In this document: piece by piece, positions 36,555 through 46,387 of the stretch
Numbering within the stretch: position 1 is the first letter of the stretch
Layout: every line of letters starts with the position of its first letter
Virus record (IMG/VR): IMGVR_UViG_3300025138_000013
Strand: one strand, 5' to 3'
DNA: 64,000 bases
Source of the DNA: a virus
The notes under the pieces: model-generated
What the model was told of the DNA's origin: nothing
Database searches by the model: none
Seen by the model: the letters and a program-made list of their open reading frames with translations, nothing else
Program-made: the position numbers and the translations under genes

Positions 36555-36614
36555 GGACTTCGGTTCTAATTCCTTCGGGAATACTAAAAACCCCTCTCAC
36601 GAGGGGTTTTTTTT
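36555..36614 (+). terminator. gp23 terminator preceded by two C(UUCG)G hairpins
   Basis: GGAC-TTCG-GTTC, ATTCC-TTCG-GGAAT, then AAAAACCCCTC-TCAC-GAGGGGTTTTT. Confidence 0.85.
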
Positions 36615-36630
36615 GGCGATAAATACCTGT

Positions 36631-37422
36631 ATGAAGATGATTAAGTATGGTGAAGGGTTGGAAGGTTTCTTTAAATGGAAGAATGAAACTACAGGTCAAA
36701 TAGATACAATGTACCTACCAACAGAAAAAAGAGTTCAAAAAGTTATTGATTGTAAAGGCGAAGACTGGTTTGATGGGAAGACTATCCTAGAACTAGGAAC
36801 TGCACATGGATTGATTGGTAGACACTTTGAGAAACTAGGTGCAACGGTTTCCTATGCAGATGCAAGACAAGAACTACTGGATTCCATAGAAACAGACTCA
36901 GAGAAGTTGTGTATCAATCATAATGAAGAGTGGTCATTTAATAGAAAGTGGGATTTGATTATTCACTTTGGTACTCTATATCATGTCCAAAATATATATG
37001 ATGATTTGAGAAGAGCATTCAATCATGCAGACGAAATGTTTTTGGAAACTGCAGTTAATACATTACCAACAGCTGAACCGTGGTTCAGACAAGAAGAGAT
37101 GTCTACAGTTTGGGTAGATACAGGCATGCAGAAAAAAAATTCTAGGATATTTAATGGGTTTGATATGTGGGAAGCTATGTTCAATGATACTCATGTAGAA
37201 ACATACTTAGACGAGATAGGTAAGACTTATACAAGGTACGATGATGAAGATTTGAATACCGACTTTGGTATAATCGTACCTAACGAAGTGTATAGAAGAG
37301 ATGTATACGATTGGACACTGGAAGATGTACATCCTAAAAACCCAAACCAACCAGTCAAACATGCATCCATACCACCAAATTATGTTCACTTCCGTAGGTT
37401 CTGGCATATCCAAACACCATAA
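36631..37422 (+). CDS. Class I SAM-dependent methyltransferase
   Basis: GKTILELGTAHGLIG motif I, D.I..FG.LYH; start reassigned to ATG 36631 after GATAAATA 36618-36625. Confidence 0.75.
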   Translation: MKMIKYGEGLEGFFKWKNETTGQIDTMYLPTEKRVQKVIDCKGEDWFDGKTILELGTAHGLIGRHFEKLGATVSYADARQELLDSIETDSEKLCINHNEEWSFNRKWDLIIHFGTLYHVQNIYDDLRRAFNHADEMFLETAVNTLPTAEPWFRQEEMSTVWVDTGMQKKNSRIFNGFDMWEAMFNDTHVETYLDEIGKTYTRYDDEDLNTDFGIIVPNEVYRRDVYDWTLEDVHPKNPNQPVKHASIPPNYVHFRRFWHIQTP

Positions 37423-37470
37423 ATACAAGGTACAATACAGTACATTACACATACACACACAGGAGAAAAT

Positions 37471-37686
37471 ATGAGTAATTCAAAATCGGGGTTCGAAATC
37501 AGAGCCGACTTATTATCACAAGCAGAAGGTCTTTTGACCTCTAATTATCAGAGGGAAGTTGACGCTATCTATGCACACAACGATTCATTCCCAAATGATA
37601 AGAAACCTTTACCACTAAGAGAAATCACTGGTGAAGAGGTTATTAGAACTGCAAGACAACTTAATGAGTTTGTAACTGAGAAGTAA
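37471..37686 (+). CDS. Small conserved T4-like phage protein
   Basis: (G/P)FEIR..LL..A and ..A..LN.FV motifs; SD AGGAG after CA-rich leader. Confidence 0.65.
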   Translation: MSNSKSGFEIRADLLSQAEGLLTSNYQREVDAIYAHNDSFPNDKKPLPLREITGEEVIRTARQLNEFVTEK

Positions 37687-37737
37687 CCTAAATACTATTG
37701 TGGGATGAATTATTCATCCCCTTTAAAGAGAAATATT

Positions 37738-37950
37738 ATGTACGATAAACAAATCAATGTGAAAGAAGGCCCATGGGAGAAATCAGTTTTTCCTAATGGA
37801 GTTGAAACAACAAATGTATTGAGTCGCAAGACCATTACAACATTCATAAAAGATGGATATCTTTGTGAAGAAACAACAACAAGAGAGTATAGAGGAGAAG
37901 ACTATCATGACACTACCTCTAACAAAAGGATAACTAGAGTACATGGTTGA
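37738..37950 (+). CDS. Hypothetical protein
   Basis: ORF after late-promoter variant CCTAAATA and leader hairpin GGGATGAA-TTA-TTCATCCC (37702-37720). Confidence 0.55.
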   Translation: MYDKQINVKEGPWEKSVFPNGVETTNVLSRKTITTFIKDGYLCEETTTREYRGEDYHDTTSNKRITRVHG

Positions 37951-38479
37951 TATTAATAAATCCATTCTCAATAAGAATAATTTTAGACTTCTTATTGATA
38001 AGATACCCACAACAGAATACTATATTAAGAAGTGTAATATTCCTGGCGTGCAGTTTACAGAAATTGCACAAGGTGCTGGTGTTGGATTGGATGCATATTT
38101 TCCAGGCGACAAGGTTACGTTTGAAAATCTCTCAGTAGATTTCTTAGTCGATGAAGACTTATCAAACTTTAAAGAAGTATATGATTGGATGAATGCAATC
38201 GTACCAATCAAAGACCCATCTGATTATGCATCCTATGTTGGTAGTAAACAAACTGCAACTGGTACCTCTGCATCCCTAGGTGGAACTGATAAAGAGATGT
38301 CAGACATAACTTTGATTACAACAACCAACAAAAATATACCTAATAAATACTTTAGATTTCATGACTGTTTCCCAATCAGTTTGAGTGGTTTAGAGTTTGA
38401 ATCGGGTGCAGACGGAGAGGCTGTAGTAGCCACTATTGAATTTAAGTTTACTTACTACGACATAGAAACCACTAGTTAA
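37943..38479 (+). CDS. gp3: Tail tube terminator gp3
   Basis: N.F...I...P, PG.K..F..L...F.VDE...N..E...W, F...FP.SLS. Confidence 0.85.
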   Translation: MVDINKSILNKNNFRLLIDKIPTTEYYIKKCNIPGVQFTEIAQGAGVGLDAYFPGDKVTFENLSVDFLVDEDLSNFKEVYDWMNAIVPIKDPSDYASYVGSKQTATGTSASLGGTDKEMSDITLITTTNKNIPNKYFRFHDCFPISLSGLEFESGADGEAVVATIEFKFTYYDIETTS

Positions 38480-38508
38480 AACCCACCTTTTGTGGTATAA
38501 TATACATT

Positions 38509-38952
38509 ATGACTTTAGATGAATTGAAAGCCCAATGGGCAAATGACTGTGAAATAGATGACATTGAATTGGATACAGCATCCTTGGCTGTTCCTCAACT
38601 CCATGCAAAATATCAAGACTTACTTACCAGTAAGATTCTAGTCCTTAAAAAATACCAAGAAAATTATAACTCTTTACTTAAAGATAAGTGGTTGTGGTTC
38701 AATGGAAAAATGGATGACGATAGAATTAAAGAATTAGGTTGGGAACCCGACCCATTCAATGGTCTAAAAATAATGAAGAACGATATGAGTATCTTCTTCA
38801 ACGCAGATAAAGATTTACAAGAACTCAATGCAAAGATTGAGTACCTCAAGGTTACTGTAGACTTTCTCAAAGAATGTATGCAGAACATAACATGGAGACA
38901 CCAAACGATTAAGAACACTATCGATTGGAGAAAGTTTATGGCTGGACAATAA
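38509..38952 (+). CDS. uvsY: Recombination mediator UvsY
   Basis: W..D..ID...L..S...P.LH.KY, R...IKN.I.W..F..G; upstream extended -10 TGGTATAAT. Confidence 0.92.
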   Translation: MTLDELKAQWANDCEIDDIELDTASLAVPQLHAKYQDLLTSKILVLKKYQENYNSLLKDKWLWFNGKMDDDRIKELGWEPDPFNGLKIMKNDMSIFFNADKDLQELNAKIEYLKVTVDFLKECMQNITWRHQTIKNTIDWRKFMAGQ

Positions 38953-39665
38953 TGAATCTAAAAAATCACTTATGGACATACCCCTCACTACTAACTTCAG
39001 ACGAAGTTGAATTTATTAATGGTAAGGCAATGGAGTTTCCTCTAGAGGAAGGTGCAGTTGGGCAAGGTGGAAGACTAGACTTAGACCCCGATGGAGAAGA
39101 CAGGGGTAAAGAAAGAGCTGCTGGTGGAGACGGTGGTAAGGTTGTAGATAATATTAGAGCATCTGATATTAGATGGATTTTTGGTAATGCACAAGAAAAC
39201 TTAGGTGATGTTTGGACAAAGATTAATGATGCAGTAACAATGGGAATGAAGCAAAGTGGTTGGAATGTTGAGATAGAAAATGTAGAACCATTGCAACATA
39301 CAACCTATCATGCAAAACAAGGTTCACGTGGTGGGTTCTACACATGGCATACAGATGCTAGTGATGAACCATATGCAAATAGTGGTATGATTAGAAAACT
39401 AAGTTTCTCTCTACAGTTAACAGACCCCGATGAATATGAGGGTGGTAACTTTCAATGGATAGAAGATGTCCGTGCAAAGGATACACTCACACCTAATGAT
39501 TATACAAGAGACATGAGAGATTACTATAGACAGATTCCAAATTCTGCAAAACAAAAAGGTTCATTAGTATTGTTCCCTTCATTTGTACACCATCAAGTAA
39601 CACCAGTTACACAAGGATGTAGAACTTCCCTAGTGGGATGGTTCATAGGATATCCATACAAATAA
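38952..39665 (+). CDS. 2OG-Fe(II) oxygenase (PKHD-type)
   Basis: Y.WHTD, RKLS..LQL.DP..YEGG, FPS...H.VTPVT.G.R.SLVGW. Confidence 0.9.
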   Translation: MNLKNHLWTYPSLLTSDEVEFINGKAMEFPLEEGAVGQGGRLDLDPDGEDRGKERAAGGDGGKVVDNIRASDIRWIFGNAQENLGDVWTKINDAVTMGMKQSGWNVEIENVEPLQHTTYHAKQGSRGGFYTWHTDASDEPYANSGMIRKLSFSLQLTDPDEYEGGNFQWIEDVRAKDTLTPNDYTRDMRDYYRQIPNSAKQKGSLVLFPSFVHHQVTPVTQGCRTSLVGWFIGYPYK

Positions 39666-39666
39666 A

Positions 39667-41067
39667 ATGAAAGTCACAGTCTCGAAGGTAGATGAGTGTT
39701 TCATGAGGGTAGACTGTGATGATGGTTTAGCCAAAGACCTACATGATTACTTTTCCTTTACCGTACCAAACGCAAAATTCATGCCAAGTTATAAGAACAA
39801 ATGGTGGGATGGTAAGGTATATCTTTTCTCAATCAAAACACACAAAATTTATATTGGATTACTACCATACGTAGATGAGTTCTGTAGAGAAAGAGGATAT
39901 GCATTTGCTGGTATTGGTGATGTCATTGGACATAAACACAAATTAAAAGATTGGAACATCAAAGATTTAAACTTACCGTTTGAACCTAGAGACTATCAGA
40001 TAGATGCATTTGAGTCCACAGTTAAGTACGGTAGACAACTATTGTTATCACCCACTGCAAGTGGTAAGTCTCTTATCATTTATATGTTGGCCAGATACTA
40101 TAACATGAAAACAATAATAATTGTTCCTACTACATCATTAGTGGAACAGATGGCAGGAGACTTTAAGGAGTATGGATATGATAAAGAGATATGTAAAATT
40201 TATAGTGGTAAACCTGTTTTCCCTTCTGACATTACGATATCAACATGGCAAAGTTTTAGTAAAGCACCTAAAGAAGTCATGCAATCGTTTGATGTAGTTA
40301 TAGGAGACGAAGCACATCTATTTAAAGCAAACGTATTGAAAGGTATTCTTGAGAAGATGAAGACTACTGCAGTACGAATTGGTTGTACTGGTACACTAGA
40401 CGGAACAGAAGTACATAGATTACAACTAGAAGGTTTGTTTGGCCCAGTCAAGAAAGTCATATCAACAAAAGAATTAATGGACAAAGGTACGATTGCAAAT
40501 CTTTCTATAGATTGTGTCATACTCCGTCATACAAAACAAAAGAAAATGTCATACCAAGATGAGATGGATTACCTAGTATCAAATGAATTACGTAATGACT
40601 TCTTATGCAACCTTGTCTATTCTCTGAAAGGAAATACTTTAGTATTGTTTCAGTTTGTAGAGAAACATGGTAGTCTACTACATCAAAAGATGTTTAAAAG
40701 ACTGGGTGACAAGCTTCATTATGTTTACGGTGGTACAGATGTTGCAGACCGTGAGGCTGTAAGAGAGTATGTAGAAAAGGCAGATGACAATGTCATACTT
40801 GCATCATACGGAACCTTCTCAACTGGTGTAAACATTAAACGTATAGACAATATTGTCTTTGCATCACCATCAAAAAGTCGAATTAGAAACCTTCAATCTA
40901 TAGGTAGAGGTCTTCGTAAGGTCGATGGTAAAGATTCCATGAGGTTGTTTGATATATCAGATGATTTGCAGTGTGAGAATCATACTATCAATCACCTTAA
41001 AGAACGTATAAATATATACAACGAGGAAAACTTTAACTACGAGATAAGGCAGTTCGACTTAAAATGA
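39667..41067 (+). CDS. uvsW: SF2 DNA helicase UvsW
   Basis: SPTASGKS, DEAH, QSIGR.LR. Confidence 0.95.
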   Translation: MKVTVSKVDECFMRVDCDDGLAKDLHDYFSFTVPNAKFMPSYKNKWWDGKVYLFSIKTHKIYIGLLPYVDEFCRERGYAFAGIGDVIGHKHKLKDWNIKDLNLPFEPRDYQIDAFESTVKYGRQLLLSPTASGKSLIIYMLARYYNMKTIIIVPTTSLVEQMAGDFKEYGYDKEICKIYSGKPVFPSDITISTWQSFSKAPKEVMQSFDVVIGDEAHLFKANVLKGILEKMKTTAVRIGCTGTLDGTEVHRLQLEGLFGPVKKVISTKELMDKGTIANLSIDCVILRHTKQKKMSYQDEMDYLVSNELRNDFLCNLVYSLKGNTLVLFQFVEKHGSLLHQKMFKRLGDKLHYVYGGTDVADREAVREYVEKADDNVILASYGTFSTGVNIKRIDNIVFASPSKSRIRNLQSIGRGLRKVDGKDSMRLFDISDDLQCENHTINHLKERINIYNEENFNYEIRQFDLK

Positions 41068-41525
41068 CATCACCACAAGATTTAACAAACAGAAAGTACG
41101 AGGTTGTAAAGCTGAAGACTGGTAGTGAGATTGTAGGTATGGTAAGAGATACAAACAACGGTGTTGAAATAACTTTACCTATGATATGTCAACTAACTGT
41201 TCAAGACAAACTCAATACACTTGCTACGTTTTATCCGTATGCACCCTTGAGTGAAGACCCAATTATTATGTTACCAGTAGACCAAGTGTTATATAGAAGT
41301 GTAATGAATCAACAATTCATTCCCTTTTATGATGAGGCTTCCTCTAGATGGTTGGAGATGGTTGAAACACAATCAATCCCTTTAACTAATCAAAAAATAA
41401 CCACGGACGATGTGAGGCGTGATTACTTGAATAAAGTAATGGAGTCTCTAATCCCCGAAGACTTAGAGTTAATTGAAGAAGATTTTGAAATTGAAGACTT
41501 CGACCCGAAGAAAACAATTCATTAG
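41064..41525 (+). CDS. Conserved T4-like protein downstream of uvsW
   Basis: VKL.TG.EI.G N-terminus, acidic tail ending KTIH. Confidence 0.6.
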   Translation: MTSPQDLTNRKYEVVKLKTGSEIVGMVRDTNNGVEITLPMICQLTVQDKLNTLATFYPYAPLSEDPIIMLPVDQVLYRSVMNQQFIPFYDEASSRWLEMVETQSIPLTNQKITTDDVRRDYLNKVMESLIPEDLELIEEDFEIEDFDPKKTIH

Positions 41526-41609
41526 GTTTTTTATTTGTCTAAATAAGTGCGTATCATCCATGGTTATAACAGGATATACAAAATTTTTATATAACTTTAC
41601 AGGAAAACT

Positions 41610-41771
41610 ATGTCCACAGCAACATTATTTGCAAAGAGCATGGTGCGAAAAGCTAGAGAAGTTTCAGATAACAAATTCGTTTGTGAAATCTGTGACACTA
41701 TCGAATTTCTAGTTCTATTGACTCTTCCATTTGCGTTACCATTTTTGATTATTCTATCATCTGCTGGTTAA
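41610..41771 (+). CDS. Small single-TM protein (53 aa), not in ORF track
   Basis: SD AGGA; MSTATLFAK...EFLVLLTLPFALPFLIIL. Confidence 0.55.
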   Translation: MSTATLFAKSMVRKAREVSDNKFVCEICDTIEFLVLLTLPFALPFLIILSSAG

Positions 41772-41872
41772 TGCTTAAGCACAAACTACATAAACTACGA
41801 GAACAGACAGAGGTAGTATTTCTCTGTCTGATTTTCTGTGCGTCTATCGCAGCGTTGGTACCTAATGTCTGA
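41771..41872 (+). CDS. Small single-TM protein (33 aa)
   Basis: TAATG coupling; MLKHKLHKLREQTEVVFLCLIFCASIAALVPNV. Confidence 0.45.
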   Translation: MLKHKLHKLREQTEVVFLCLIFCASIAALVPNV

Positions 41873-41948
41873 TATATGGTTCTTAGTCAGTGGTCTTTCC
41901 TTACAAGTAATAATACTAATAGCAATTTATATATACAACCCCAAATGA
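41865..41948 (+). CDS. Small single-TM protein (27 aa)
   Basis: Overlaps neighbours by 8 and 4 nt; MSDIWFLVSGLSLQVIILIAIYIYNPK. Confidence 0.4.
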   Translation: MSDIWFLVSGLSLQVIILIAIYIYNPK

Positions 41949-42064
41949 AATATACATTTATTTTTATACTCTTAACATCATGGGTCTTTAGTGACAGAGA
42001 GCCTGGAGCTTTAAGAGCAGTTAGAGATTTGGAAAAATTCAAACAACACATTCAAATGATATGA
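41945..42064 (+). CDS. Small protein with hydrophobic N-terminus (39 aa)
   Basis: ATGA overlaps at both ends; MKYTFIFILLTSWVFSDREPG... Confidence 0.45.
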   Translation: MKYTFIFILLTSWVFSDREPGALRAVRDLEKFKQHIQMI

Positions 42065-42504
42065 GAGAATTAGGAATGTCACTAGTAGGATGCATGGTAA
42101 TATTTGCATTCTTTTCACTTAAAATTTACCCCAACCTAGAGTACACAGGATATAGCAGTAATCAGTCTTGCACTGGTATGTGTTATGCAGAGTATGTGGA
42201 ACTAAACGGAACTGTGGTAGAACAGTTACAAGCAAAACAAGCTCTTGCAAACTTAGATGAGTTTAGTCAAATTAGAAGTTTATGGAGTGGTTGTGCAGCT
42301 TGTCATGGTCAAGAAGGTCAAGGTATGGCAGTCTTCCCAAAACTTGCTGGTCAATCTGCAGATTACATAGTTAACAGACTTAACACTTATAAGAATAGAG
42401 GTGAGGTCGGTGCAATGAGTTCCACGATGTGGGCTCAAGCAGGTATGTTGTCAGATGCAGATATCAATATGATTGGTAAATTCATTGAGGTTGAACTTAA
42501 GTGA
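42061..42504 (+). CDS. Membrane-anchored class I cytochrome c (c553/c4-like)
   Basis: CAACH haem motif, PKLAGQ, distal Met, N-terminal TM anchor. Confidence 0.88.
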   Translation: MRELGMSLVGCMVIFAFFSLKIYPNLEYTGYSSNQSCTGMCYAEYVELNGTVVEQLQAKQALANLDEFSQIRSLWSGCAACHGQEGQGMAVFPKLAGQSADYIVNRLNTYKNRGEVGAMSSTMWAQAGMLSDADINMIGKFIEVELK

Positions 42505-42764
42505 AGCACGACTCTTGGAAGAGACCCGTAGTCAGACAATCAGTATACGACTTGACATCTTTAAAACAGGGTGAATTAACCTTACTAAATAATACTGTGA
42601 AGGAAGCAACAGACGAACAACTAGAAGCATGGCAAGATGAAGACTTCTTTATGAAGGGAGACTTTTCTGCAATGCAATTATTTGTCGTCGTCCCAGCAGT
42701 TATACAGATTACTGTATTCTTTATGATGCTCGGTATGTTTTGGATGAATGAAAAACTATTTTAA
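42501..42764 (+). CDS. Small protein with C-terminal TM helix
   Basis: GTGA overlap with cytochrome c; hydrophobic C-terminus. Confidence 0.55.
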   Translation: MKHDSWKRPVVRQSVYDLTSLKQGELTLLNNTVKEATDEQLEAWQDEDFFMKGDFSAMQLFVVVPAVIQITVFFMMLGMFWMNEKLF

Positions 42765-42915
42765 AATTGTCGCGAAGCTGTTACTAGGACTTGGTAAAGA
42801 GGAAAAGGTCGACCTAAATCCCCTCGATATTATGTTTATCTGCATCTTCCTCGGGATTTCATTCTTTTTGTTAATCGGTACGTTACAGTTTATACTCGTT
42901 CTATTGATTAGCTAA
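42748..42915 (+). CDS. Small membrane protein (55 aa), not in ORF track
   Basis: MKNYFKIVAKLLLGLG...LNPLDIMFICIFLGISFFLLIGTLQFILVLLIS. Confidence 0.5.
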   Translation: MKNYFKIVAKLLLGLGKEEKVDLNPLDIMFICIFLGISFFLLIGTLQFILVLLIS

Positions 42916-43037
42916 GTATATCCCCCTTGGGACATATTCATTTTATCACACATTTTCTATTTGTCTATAGGCTTTTATAAATAAATTTAATTTAAAAAGC
43001 CCCTTACAATACTACGATAAACAGGTATAATGTATAC

Positions 43038-43595
43038 ATGACTACAAAAAAAGACCCTAAAAAAGCAGAACATTACGTCAATAACAAAGAGTTTACAGCT
43101 GCAGTTGCAGAGTTTAATGGACTTGTTAGAGAAGCAAAAGATGCTGGGAACGAACCCCCTCGAATGACTGAATATATTGGTGAGTGTATCTATAAGATTG
43201 CTACCCGATTATCCACTCGACCTAATTTCATCAACTATACTTACCGTGACGAAATGATTTGTGATGCAATCGAAAATTGTATCCAATACATTGGTAACTT
43301 CAACGTTGAAAAATCAAACAATGCATTTGCATATGTTACTCAGATTTGTTATTACGCTTTCCTAAGAAGGATTCAGAAAGAAAAGAAACAAGTCTACATC
43401 AAACAAAAACAAATCATGGAATCATCTATTACAATGGATTCATTTGCAACTATCGATGGTCAACATGACCCATCATTAGTCAACTCTAACGTAGAGTGGC
43501 TGCAAGAGAATATGAATCGTGTAGAGTATGAACCACGTAAATCAAAAAACAAAAAAAAGAAAACTAATAAGAACTTAGAAAACTTTACTGAATGA
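43038..43595 (+). CDS. gp55: Late transcription sigma factor gp55
   Basis: HYVNNKEF, IA..LS.RPNF.NYT..EMI.D, N.FAY.TQI.Y.AF.RRI.KEK. Confidence 0.95.
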   Translation: MTTKKDPKKAEHYVNNKEFTAAVAEFNGLVREAKDAGNEPPRMTEYIGECIYKIATRLSTRPNFINYTYRDEMICDAIENCIQYIGNFNVEKSNNAFAYVTQICYYAFLRRIQKEKKQVYIKQKQIMESSITMDSFATIDGQHDPSLVNSNVEWLQENMNRVEYEPRKSKNKKKKTNKNLENFTE

Positions 43596-44662
43596 AGATA
43601 GCAATATTAAACGACACCCACTGTGGTGTCCGTTCAGATATGGTTGAAATGTCCAAGTATCAAGGACGTTTCTATAAAGAGATATTCTTTCCATACCTAG
43701 ACGAGCATAACATCAAACAGATTATCCATATGGGTGATTACTTTGATAGACGTAAGTACGTAAACTTTGCATCGATGAAAGCAAACATCGAACACTTTGT
43801 AGACCCACTTAATGAAAGGGGAATCAAGATGGACTTGATTCTAGGTAACCATGATACATATTATAAGAACACGAATGATGTTAATTCACCCGAGTTACTT
43901 CTTTATAATCAACCTAATATTACCGTATATGCCGACCCTATTGTAAAGGAATATGACGACTTCCCAATTGCATTAGTTCCATGGATTAACAATGATAACT
44001 ATGCAGACATGGTAGACTTCATGCAGACTGCAGCTGCAACTCATTGTATGGGTCACTTCGAGATAGAAGGTGCATTACTATTACCTAACATGACATGTCA
44101 ACATGGACTCGACATATCGTATCTCAAGAGATTTGAACAAGTATACAGTGGACATTTCCATCACAAATCAGAAGTAAAGAATGTTAGATACTTAGGTTCA
44201 CAAATGGAATTCACTTGGTCAGATTATAATGACAAGAAGTACTTCCACATTTTTGATACAGAAACAAAAGAACTTACACCAGTTCACAATCCTTTAACCA
44301 TGTTTGAGAAAGGATATTATGATGATGGTAAGATAGAAAATTTCGAGGCCTTGCAAGATATTGACTACTCAAGATTTGAGGGTAAATTTGTAAAGGTTAT
44401 TGTTGTTAATAAAGACAATCCTTATTGGTTTGATTCATTCCTAGACAAGGTACATGCATCCAACCCTTTACATGTTGCAATCGTAGATGATAATAAACAT
44501 ATGGATTTCTTTGACGATGATGAAATCGAAGGAGTCGACGATACCCTAACCATATTATCCAAGTATGTTGATGGGTTAGAGATACAAGGTAAGAAAGAAA
44601 AGCTAGACGAGATTATGAAGACCTTATATAATGAAGCATTGGACGAACACACTTACTTATGA
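43592..44662 (+). CDS. gp47: Recombination nuclease gp47 (Mre11/SbcD-like)
   Basis: DTH.G, GD.FD.R, GNHD, SGHFH. Confidence 0.95.
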   Translation: MKIAILNDTHCGVRSDMVEMSKYQGRFYKEIFFPYLDEHNIKQIIHMGDYFDRRKYVNFASMKANIEHFVDPLNERGIKMDLILGNHDTYYKNTNDVNSPELLLYNQPNITVYADPIVKEYDDFPIALVPWINNDNYADMVDFMQTAAATHCMGHFEIEGALLLPNMTCQHGLDISYLKRFEQVYSGHFHHKSEVKNVRYLGSQMEFTWSDYNDKKYFHIFDTETKELTPVHNPLTMFEKGYYDDGKIENFEALQDIDYSRFEGKFVKVIVVNKDNPYWFDSFLDKVHASNPLHVAIVDDNKHMDFFDDDEIEGVDDTLTILSKYVDGLEIQGKKEKLDEIMKTLYNEALDEHTYL

Positions 44663-46374
44663 TAAATTTTACAAAGGTAAGATGGAAGAATTTACTTTCA
44701 TCGGGAAACAAATTTACTGAAATAGAATTAAATAGTCATCAAACTACTCTTATCCTTGGAGAGAATGGTGCTGGTAAATCCACACTATTAGATGCATTAT
44801 GTTTTGGATTATACGGACGTGGATTTAGGAACCTAAAAAAAGAATTACTTATTAATAGTATTAACGAGAAAGCTTTAGTCGTTGAGGTTGAATTTTATAT
44901 CGGTAAAAAAGAATACAAAATAATCCGTGGCGCAAAACCAAATATATTTGAACTCTATGTTGATGATATACTTGTTAACCAAGACGCAACAGTGAGAGAC
45001 TATCAAGACCATCTTGAGAAACATATTCTTAAAATGTCTTACCGTTCATTTACACAGGTTGCAATTCTTGGTTCTGCTAACTTTACACCCTTCATGCAAC
45101 TTAGAGCAAAAGACCGTAGAAAACTAGTAGAAGATTTACTGGATATCAATATCTTCACAACAATGATGCAGCTTCTTAGAAAGAAAAAGGCTGCACATAT
45201 CATTGAAGTTAAAGATACACAACATGCAGTTGAAATCTTAGAGGAAAGACTCAATGGATTGAACGAACAAGTAAAAGTCATGACAGAAAATAGAATGACA
45301 AAGATTACTCAGTTTGAAAAAACGGTAGTGGATACTAACATTCATATAGGTGAGCTATTAGAAGTTATAGATACTAACAGTGAAGAGATTGCAACTATAC
45401 AGTTAACAATTTCAGATAAAGATTCCATTAGTAAGAAGTTAAAAGACTTACAAGATATGGAGAAACAACTTACCAATGCAAGAAAGAAAGCATTAAAAGA
45501 AGTTGAGTTCTATGAAGAGAACGATGAATGTCCAGTATGTAAACAGGGTTTAGATGAGGAACATAAGAAAGAACATCTCGAATCAAAGACTAAGAAGGCA
45601 ACGGAGATTGCATCTGCATTGCAACAGATTGAAGACGGAGTTTCCAGTGCCTCAAAACGAATCATCGAAATCAGTGACATCCAGTCAGACATCGACAACA
45701 TCCAAAGACAAGTAGGGTTACATCAAACAGAAATCCTATCCAATCAAAAATACATCCAAAAAATTAATGGTGAAATAGAGACATTAAAAATTGAATCCGA
45801 TGGTGGTACAGATGTACATGAAAGAATCACCAAAGGTGAAGATGACTTAGATGTGCTACACACCAAACATAAAGCTCTTATAGACAGAACACATTACTAT
45901 GAGATTGCAACCATGTTGCTCAGAGACCAAGGTGTTAAAGAGAAGATTATTAAACAGTACGTTCCCATCATGAACAAACTTATTAATAAGTATCTAGCAC
46001 AACTTGAGTTCTATGTTGGGTTCGAACTAGATGAATCCTTCGACGAAACAATCAAATCAAGATTCCGTGACGTATTCAAATATGAAAACTTTTCACAAGG
46101 TGAGAAGATGAGAATCGACCTTGCACTACTATTCACATGGAGAAGTGTTGCAAGAATGAAGAACAGTGTAAACACTAACTTACTTATTCTAGATGAGGTA
46201 TTCGACTCGTCACTAGACGTTACAGGAACAGATGAATTCTTAAAGCTGTTAAACACCTTGACAGATGGAGTAAATGCATTTATCATTAGTCATAAAGGTG
46301 ATACATTATATGATAAGTTCAGTAATGTGTTAAGATTTGAGAAGTATAAAAATTTCTCTAGACTAGCAGAATAG
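44659..46374 (+). CDS. gp46: Recombination ATPase gp46 (Rad50/SbcC-like)
   Basis: G.NGAGKST, CPVC hook, FSQGEK, LDEVFD, ISH. Confidence 0.96.
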   Translation: MINFTKVRWKNLLSSGNKFTEIELNSHQTTLILGENGAGKSTLLDALCFGLYGRGFRNLKKELLINSINEKALVVEVEFYIGKKEYKIIRGAKPNIFELYVDDILVNQDATVRDYQDHLEKHILKMSYRSFTQVAILGSANFTPFMQLRAKDRRKLVEDLLDINIFTTMMQLLRKKKAAHIIEVKDTQHAVEILEERLNGLNEQVKVMTENRMTKITQFEKTVVDTNIHIGELLEVIDTNSEEIATIQLTISDKDSISKKLKDLQDMEKQLTNARKKALKEVEFYEENDECPVCKQGLDEEHKKEHLESKTKKATEIASALQQIEDGVSSASKRIIEISDIQSDIDNIQRQVGLHQTEILSNQKYIQKINGEIETLKIESDGGTDVHERITKGEDDLDVLHTKHKALIDRTHYYEIATMLLRDQGVKEKIIKQYVPIMNKLINKYLAQLEFYVGFELDESFDETIKSRFRDVFKYENFSQGEKMRIDLALLFTWRSVARMKNSVNTNLLILDEVFDSSLDVTGTDEFLKLLNTLTDGVNAFIISHKGDTLYDKFSNVLRFEKYKNFSRLAE

Positions 46375-46387
46375 GATAAATAGTATT

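Noticed and set aside
36349-36630. N-terminal extension of the methyltransferase overlapping gp23
   Set aside because: It crosses the gp23 terminator; a late promoter with 5-nt spacing points to ATG 36631.
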